Shown piece by piece: positions 51,453 through 57,405 of a stretch of 57,405 bases of DNA. The DNA is taken from the IMG/VR virus record IMGVR_UViG_648028025_000017. One strand, 5' to 3'. A model generated the notes under the pieces. It did no database searches, was not told the origin of the DNA, and worked only from the letters and a program-made list of their open reading frames with translations. The stretch comes from a virus. Its lineage: Duplodnaviria > Heunggongvirae > Uroviricota > Caudoviricetes. Within the stretch, counting starts at the first letter, position 1, and every line of letters starts with the position of its first letter. Both the position numbers and the translations under genes were made by a program.

Positions 51453-53024
51453 ATGGACACCTCACTTGCTCATGAGAACGCCCGCCTGCGGGCACTGTTG
51501 CAGACGCAACAGGACACCATCCGCCAGATGGCTGAATACAACCGCCTGCTCTCACAGCGGGTGGCGGCTTATGCTTCCGAAATCAACCGGCTGAAGGCGC
51601 TGGTTGCGAAACTGCAACGTATGCAGTTCGGTAAAAGCTCAGAAAAACTTCGTGCAAAAACCGAACGGCAGATACAGGAAGCACAGGAGCGAATCAGCGC
51701 ACTTCAGGAAGAAATGGCGGAAACGCTGGGTGAGCAATATGACCCGGTACTGCCATCCGCCCTGCGCCAGTCTTCAGCCCGTAAACCGTTACCGGCCTCA
51801 CTTCCCCGTGAAACCCGGGTTATCCGGCCGGAAGAGGAATGCTGTCCTGCCTGTGGTGGTGAACTCAGTTCTCTGGGATGTGATGTGTCAGAGCAACTGG
51901 AGCTTATCAGCAGCGCCTTTAAGGTTATCGAAACACAACGTCCGAAACAGGCCTGTTGCCGGTGCGACCATATCGTGCAGGCACCAGTACCTTCAAAACC
52001 CATTGCACGCAGTTATGCCGGAGCGGGGCTTCTGGCCCATGTTGTCACCGGGAAATATGCAGACCATCTGCCGTTATACCGCCAGTCAGAAATATACCGT
52101 CGTCAGGGAGTGGAGCTGAGCCGTGCCACACTGGGGCGCTGGACAGGTGCTGTTGCTGAACTGCTGGAGCCGCTGTATGACGTCCTGCGCCAGTATGTGC
52201 TGATGCCCGGTAAAGTCCATGCTGATGATATCCCCGTCCCGGTCCAGGAGCCGGGCAGCGGTAAAACCCGGACAGCCCGGCTGTGGGTCTACGTCCGTGA
52301 TGACCGTAACGCCGGTTCACAGATGCCCCCGGCGGTCTGGTTCGCGTACAGTCCGGACCGGAAAGGTATCCATCCACAAAATCACCTGGCCGGTTACAGC
52401 GGTGTGCTTCAGGCCGATGCTTACGGTGGTTACCGGGCGTTATACGAATCCGGCAGAATAACGGAAGCCGCGTGTATGGCTCATGCCCGGAGAAAAATCC
52501 ACGATGTGCATGCAAGAGCGCCCACCTACATCACCACGGAAGCCCTGCAGCGTATCGGTGAACTGTATGCCATCGAGGCAGAGGTCCGGGGCTGTTCAGC
52601 AGAACAGCGTCTGGCGGCAAGAAAAGCCAGAGCCGCGCCACTGATGCAGTCACTGTATGACTGGATACAGCAACAGATGAAAACACTGTCGCGTCACTCA
52701 GATACGGCAAAAGCGTTCGCATACCTGCTGAAACAGTGGGATGCACTGAACGTGTACTGCAGTAATGGCTGGGTGGAAATCGACAACAACATCGCAGAGA
52801 ACGCCTTACGGGGAGTGGCCGTAGGCCGGAAAAACTGGATGTTCGCGGGTTCCGACAGCGGTGGTGAACATGCGGCGGTGTTGTACTCGCTGATCGGCAC
52901 ATGCCGTCTGAACAATGTGGAGCCAGAAAAGTGGCTGCGTTACGTCATTGAACATATCCAGGACTGGCCGGCAAACCGGGTACGCGATCTGTTGCCCTGG
53001 AAAGTTGATCTGAGCTCTCAGTAA
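51453..53024 (+). CDS. IS66-family transposase TnpC
   Basis: 523 aa; leucine-zipper N-terminus, CPACGG zinc motif, DDE-like core. Confidence 0.85.
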   Translation: MDTSLAHENARLRALLQTQQDTIRQMAEYNRLLSQRVAAYASEINRLKALVAKLQRMQFGKSSEKLRAKTERQIQEAQERISALQEEMAETLGEQYDPVLPSALRQSSARKPLPASLPRETRVIRPEEECCPACGGELSSLGCDVSEQLELISSAFKVIETQRPKQACCRCDHIVQAPVPSKPIARSYAGAGLLAHVVTGKYADHLPLYRQSEIYRRQGVELSRATLGRWTGAVAELLEPLYDVLRQYVLMPGKVHADDIPVPVQEPGSGKTRTARLWVYVRDDRNAGSQMPPAVWFAYSPDRKGIHPQNHLAGYSGVLQADAYGGYRALYESGRITEAACMAHARRKIHDVHARAPTYITTEALQRIGELYAIEAEVRGCSAEQRLAARKARAAPLMQSLYDWIQQQMKTLSRHSDTAKAFAYLLKQWDALNVYCSNGWVEIDNNIAENALRGVAVGRKNWMFAGSDSGGEHAAVLYSLIGTCRLNNVEPEKWLRYVIEHIQDWPANRVRDLLPWKVDLSSQ

Positions 53025-53054
53025 ATATCAATACGGTTCTGACGAGTCGCTTAC

Positions 53055-54193
53055 GGTTATCCGGACTGTACGTGAAAAGCATGCCTGTACTCAGTGCGAT
53101 GCCATCGTGCAGGCCCCCGCGCCTTCACGGCCCATCGAGCGGGGTATCGCAGGACCGGGGCTGCTGGCCCGCGTGCTGATCTCAAAGTATGCAGAGCACA
53201 CCCCGCTGTACCGCCAGTCTGAAATGTACGGCCGCCAGGGCGTGGAGCTGAGTCGTTCACTGCTGTCGGGCTGGGTGGATGCATGCTGCCGGCTACTGTC
53301 ACCGCTGGAAGAAGCGCTTCAGGACTATGTGCTGACTGACGGTAAGCTCCATGCTGATGACACGCCTGTCCCGGTGCTGTTGCCAGGCAATAAGAAAACG
53401 AAGACCGGGCGGTTATGGACCTACGTTCGTGACGACCGTAACGCCGGGTCAACGCTGGCGCCGGCGGTGTTGTTCGCTTACAGCCCGGACAGAAAAGGCA
53501 TCCATCCGCAGACCCATCTTGCGGGGTTCAGTGGTGTACTGCAGGCGGATGCATACGCCGGGTTCAACGAGCTGTACCGGGATGGCCGGATAACGGAAGC
53601 CGCCTGTTGGGCTCACGCCCGCCGTAAAATCCACGATGTGCACGTTCGCACCCCGTCAGCCCTGACGGAGGAAGCGCTGAAACGGATCGGCGAACTGTAC
53701 GCCATCGAGGCAGAGATAAGGGGAATGACGGCGGAGCAGCGCCTTGCCGAACGTCAGTTGAAAACGAAACCGCTGCTGAAATCCCTGGAAAGCTGGCTGC
53801 GTGAAAAGATGAAAACCCTGTCGCGACACTCAGAACTGGCGAAAGCGTTCGCATACGCCCTGAACCAGTGGCCGGCGCTGACGTACTATGCAGATGATGG
53901 CTGGGCTGAGGCGGACAATAACATCGCTGAAAATGCGTTGCGGATGGTCAGTCTGGGCCGCAAAAACTACCTGTTCTTCGGTTCGGATCATGGAGGAGAG
54001 CGGGGAGCGCTGCTGTACAGCCTGATCGGGACGTGCAAACTGAACGGAGTGGAGCCAGAAAGCTACCTCCGCTATGTCCTTGACGTCATAGCCGACTGGC
54101 CGATAAACCGGGTCGGCGAACTGCTCCCCTGGCGCGTAGCACTGCCGACTGAATAACACATCCCCGTCAATACGGTTCTTGCTGCACGCTTAC
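53055..54193 (+). mobile_element. 5'-truncated remnant of a second, divergent IS66-family element
   Basis: Begins mid-tnpC directly after the first copy's right end; own right end ...CGCTTAC at 54187-54193. Confidence 0.7.
53107..54156 (+). pseudogene. Truncated IS66-family tnpC (lacks N-terminal third)
   Basis: Collinear with C-terminal two-thirds of the TnpC at 51453-53024. Confidence 0.8.
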
Positions 54194-54596
54194 CAGTAAC
54201 TTCAGCTACCGTCGTTTCATCTCTCCCACGAACCGGAGCCGCAACTTGTTGCATCACAGGGCTGACAAGTGAACTGAAATCCGCACCTTAATATTCTGAC
54301 TGGCTGCGTACATTCATTGCATGAAGCGGCCGGAGCGGCTGAGCTGAAGGTCCGTTGTGAGCGAGAAGCGGAAGTCCGAAATGGTGCTTATTACTATAGG
54401 GGAGTGATCGTCTATCGGGGTGGGGTCAGTCTAATTAACGACCCTGGAGACGTCCAGATTATCCTTAGCGATTCAAACCTTTTTACGAGACCCAAAGATT
54501 TGATACTCAAAATCTCAGACATAAACCATCTAAACATACGGCTTACTATCATGATGATAGGGGAACGGCTAGCAAAGGGTCAAATTATCTTGATAA

Positions 54597-55331
54597 CTAA
54601 TAAAAGTTCTTTACATCCATAAAATCCATGATGTATTTATCTAATCCTTTGCGATTGAAAAAACCGAAACTTTCAAAGTCTTTTATTATTTTCCAATCAC
54701 TAAATACGTATGCCAAACATACCAAATGAAGAAATTTCACAGGCATAGTATAATTTGCTATTTCGTAATATCTTTCTTTGTGGTTTTCTGGGCAAGATTC
54801 ATTTGTGAATTTAAATAGAATATAAAAACTACGAACCGCAGAAAAGAGAGCCATAGAGGATTCATTATCAAAAATAGAAAATTGTTTGCATAATTCTTCT
54901 GCATTTTTTGACTTACATGAGTTTATCATGTAACTCTCTAAATAGGTTACCGCATCTGAGGCTGAGTAGTTTTTTTTATTTCTACCAGTTATTCTGAGGG
55001 CATCAAACTCTCTTCTAGATACTTCAGCGAGGCTATAAAACGATGATTCAAAAGAGCGCAAGTCATCAATTTCTTTTTGTCTTTCTGAAACCTCATGCAT
55101 GTGCAAATTTTGTTTAATAATGCTGATGTTAGCCTCTTTTTGTAAGTTTATTGATTTAATTAACATAATCATTGTAAAAAATGTCAAAATGGGGTTGGTT
55201 ACGCCGCCAACGAAATCACCAAATGTTCCCCATTCAGACTTATCAATTGGAAAACCATTTAACGGATCGAAATTGAAGAAATAAATCAACCATGTAACTG
55301 ATATAACTAAAAAGGCAACATACTTTATCAT
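54597..55331 (-). CDS. Hypothetical 2-TM membrane protein, downstream gene of AT-rich two-gene operon
   Basis: 244 aa; TM segments VAFLVISVTWLIYFF and VGGVTNPILTFFTMIMLI; ATG 1 nt after upstream stop. Confidence 0.65.
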   Translation of the reverse strand: MIKYVAFLVISVTWLIYFFNFDPLNGFPIDKSEWGTFGDFVGGVTNPILTFFTMIMLIKSINLQKEANISIIKQNLHMHEVSERQKEIDDLRSFESSFYSLAEVSRREFDALRITGRNKKNYSASDAVTYLESYMINSCKSKNAEELCKQFSIFDNESSMALFSAVRSFYILFKFTNESCPENHKERYYEIANYTMPVKFLHLVCLAYVFSDWKIIKDFESFGFFNRKGLDKYIMDFMDVKNFY

Positions 55332-55332
55332 A

Positions 55333-56151
55333 TCAATCCGTTATAACTCGGTGAAGACTATATTTTTTAATGACACCAAGAAAGTTTCTGATTGATGTCA
55401 CCTCTAGCCGTACACGAGTAAAATCACCATTATCTGTGTTGACGTCTAAGTTTCTAGATAGCCAGCGTTTTTGATCTGCTGGAAAATCTCTCCAAAGATA
55501 TGAAGGTTCAAAACTTACAGACTCAGAATCTTCCTCAAGAATGAGCCTTCCCGTCCCCGTTAGCCGATTAAATCTTGTAATAGAAGCTTCAATAATGATC
55601 CTTTCATCATCGGCACGTTCAACAATTAGATTTTCAAGGGTCGTGTGATCATACCGAGCAAGATTTGTCCTTCTCCGTTTCAGCTCAACAGTATAATTTT
55701 GTTCTTCTATGGGCTTATGAAGCTTCAATAGTGGGCCATAAAGCCTCTTCATTAATGAACTATAATCTGACTCAAGTTCTTTAACAATTCTAGCAGCCCT
55801 TTTATATGTGAAATTATAAGGTGTTAATAATGGTCTTGTAAGATAATAAGACATAACATCTAGAAATGCCCCCTCTCCGATTGCGCCATAGTTTCTACGT
55901 TGTTCCTCACCTGTGATCTTGAGCATGAAACGTTGTCTAAACGACCCTTCATAACTGGTACGAAAAGATGCGGTTATGCCTTCGATTGATGGGATTTTAG
56001 TAACTACTTCGCGATTTAGAATCGTATTAGTGAGGACTGTAACTATCTCTGACGTGCCTTCAAGTGCTTTTGACCCATAGTAAAAATCAAGCTCTGTGAA
56101 TCTTTCTTCTCCATCACTTACTACCATTTCCATGGGAACATGAATTTCCAT
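55333..56151 (-). CDS. Hypothetical soluble protein, upstream gene of AT-rich two-gene operon
   Basis: 272-aa ORF, AT-rich, no recognisable motif. Confidence 0.65.
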   Translation of the reverse strand: MEIHVPMEMVVSDGEERFTELDFYYGSKALEGTSEIVTVLTNTILNREVVTKIPSIEGITASFRTSYEGSFRQRFMLKITGEEQRRNYGAIGEGAFLDVMSYYLTRPLLTPYNFTYKRAARIVKELESDYSSLMKRLYGPLLKLHKPIEEQNYTVELKRRRTNLARYDHTTLENLIVERADDERIIIEASITRFNRLTGTGRLILEEDSESVSFEPSYLWRDFPADQKRWLSRNLDVNTDNGDFTRVRLEVTSIRNFLGVIKKYSLHRVITD

Positions 56152-56493
56152 TCTCTAATTCCAAATAAAAACCATGGGTTTAATATGTCCTAATTGATTT
56201 GGTTTTGGCAACTATTTTTGATTGTTTTTCAAGAATAATTCGAAAGCTATTAATTAATGGCTGGAACTAATAGGTTCCAGTTTTCAACTAATCCAGTGAC
56301 CTGCTCCCCGCTGATCAACTCAGACTGTTGTTAGCAACTTACGCTCCTGGTACGGAGCGGGCATTGATTACCCGCTCCGTTCACGTTCCGCCTGGAAGTT
56401 CTGCAATTTATGTCTATCGGCTATTGAAAACCTTCCGGTCCTTCCCAATATCGAAACTGGCACCTTTGCCAGATAACAAAGAGATACGGGAAC

Positions 56494-56814
56494 ATGATGT
56501 ACGTCTACAGAAGACCTCCAAATCAGCTCCTTTCCATTTCTCGTTTGAAGCAGTATTTGTTGCATGAGGTGGAATCAAATCAACACATCATGAGACAGTG
56601 GGAATCTGCCAGAACGGCACTTCGAAACATCCGTAACAAAGGGCATGATCCAGACACCGCCTCCTGGGTTTCACTTAAAAATGATCCCCGAGTCTTCACG
56701 AATGGCGCAGATGAAAAGCATGGGTTCATTTTTGTTGACGACGACGATCAATCAGTCCTTGTTGTGGCCTCCTGGGTGATAGATGAGTACGGTTCCCCCC
56801 TCACTACATATTAA
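56494..56814 (+). CDS. Hypothetical protein (start uncertain)
   Basis: 106-aa ORF with acidic patch FIFVDDDDQ; no clear RBS. Confidence 0.4.
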   Translation: MMYVYRRPPNQLLSISRLKQYLLHEVESNQHIMRQWESARTALRNIRNKGHDPDTASWVSLKNDPRVFTNGADEKHGFIFVDDDDQSVLVVASWVIDEYGSPLTTY

Positions 56815-56931
56815 TCCCTGTACCTGGACAGAAGAGTTTTCTGTCCACAACTACCAATAGCTTTACATAATGTGTGCATCTAACTTCAATAAGTTACTTC
56901 ATTACCAATAATGTCTAAAAAGGAAACGCGC

Positions 56932-57405
56932 ATGGATATTGATACGCTGGGTGGCCAGGAACTTCGGGATAAGATTTTTGCTGGGCTCAAAATATACGAG
57001 GGTAAACCCTTCATCGAACGGTTCGGTCTGTTTATGGGCAAGGCACAGTTGCTAGAGTTTGGCCTAAAAAAAATTCTTGTTTCTTTTCCGGGATACAACC
57101 TTGATGAAGAAAAATTAGAGAGGCTGACATTAGGCCAGACCCGCGTTGAGCTTAAAAAGCTGGGGCTGCGCACGGACTATAATGCTTACCTGAAGTCATT
57201 CAAAGATCAGCGCAATACGATGGCTCACGAGTTCCTTGCTAATTTTGCGGTCACACAGCAGCTTTTAGACGGAGCTGCACTTATTCGCACATTTGAGCGT
57301 GAGTTAGACCATGCCTGTTACGCGGTGGAGCAGTTGATCATCCTTTTCGACTTCATCAACGGTGCCGGTGACGTAACCGCCTGGCTTGAGCCTACTGCCC
57401 CCTGA
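56932..57405 (+). CDS. Hypothetical protein
   Basis: Start MDIDTLGG with AAGGAA RBS; ends with TGA at window end. Confidence 0.55.
   Translation: MDIDTLGGQELRDKIFAGLKIYEGKPFIERFGLFMGKAQLLEFGLKKILVSFPGYNLDEEKLERLTLGQTRVELKKLGLRTDYNAYLKSFKDQRNTMAHEFLANFAVTQQLLDGAALIRTFERELDHACYAVEQLIILFDFINGAGDVTAWLEPTAP

Larger units (their letters stand above)
50349..53054 (+). mobile_element. IS66-family insertion sequence (tnpA-tnpB-tnpC), boundaries approximate
   Basis: Three-ORF IS66 organisation; right end ...CGCTTAC; left end GTAAGTCG imperfect. Confidence 0.7.

Noticed and set aside
51604-52902. Alternative-frame and antisense ORFs of 67-171 aa inside the IS66-family tnpC
   Set aside because: They overlap a confidently identified transposase gene; GC-rich sequence generates long spurious frames.
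54317-54622. 101-aa plus-strand ORF between the IS66 remnant and the two-gene operon
   Set aside because: It overlaps the 3' end of the operon on the opposite strand, has no RBS and a composition typical of antisense sequence.

Overview
The window holds two tandem integrative elements. (1) Positions 1 to about 40,500 are a P22/Sf6-like lambdoid prophage, with late genes on the minus strand. It starts with a P4-type tyrosine integrase at position 1, so its tRNA/attL would lie just outside the window. Next come an Oac-like acyltransferase and a tailspike with a P22 gp9-type head-binding domain, an Arc/Mnt-like repressor and a lipoprotein. The virion module follows in P22 order (gp16/gp20/gp7 ejection proteins, gp14, tail needle, gp10, gp4, coat, scaffold, portal, large and small terminase). 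Then come a lambda-like lysis cassette (S, R, Rz/Rz1), Q, a nin region, a DnaB-type helicase and O-like initiator, cII, cro, OR operators, cI, a cI-linked moron, N with nutL/nutR, an Erf-SSB recombination module, early-left accessory genes and an AlpA-type Xis. (2) Positions about 40,480 to 57,405 are a decayed island. It has tRNA 3'-end-like att fragments, a second P4-type integrase with an in-frame stop, a 1.3-kb ORF-free AT-rich spacer, an IS3-family element, an IS629-like element that splits a PD-(D/E)xK nuclease-NTPase gene, a membrane protein, nested IS66-family copies, and an AT-rich two-gene operon of unknown function. The best candidates for an undescribed system are that two-gene operon (54,597-56,151), the IS-split nuclease-NTPase gene (44,603-48,276) and two prophage morons (31,473-31,769 and 32,871-33,365). 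All protein-family calls rest on motif recognition and recalled reference sequences, not on database searches; no tRNA, rRNA or CRISPR array was found by eye.
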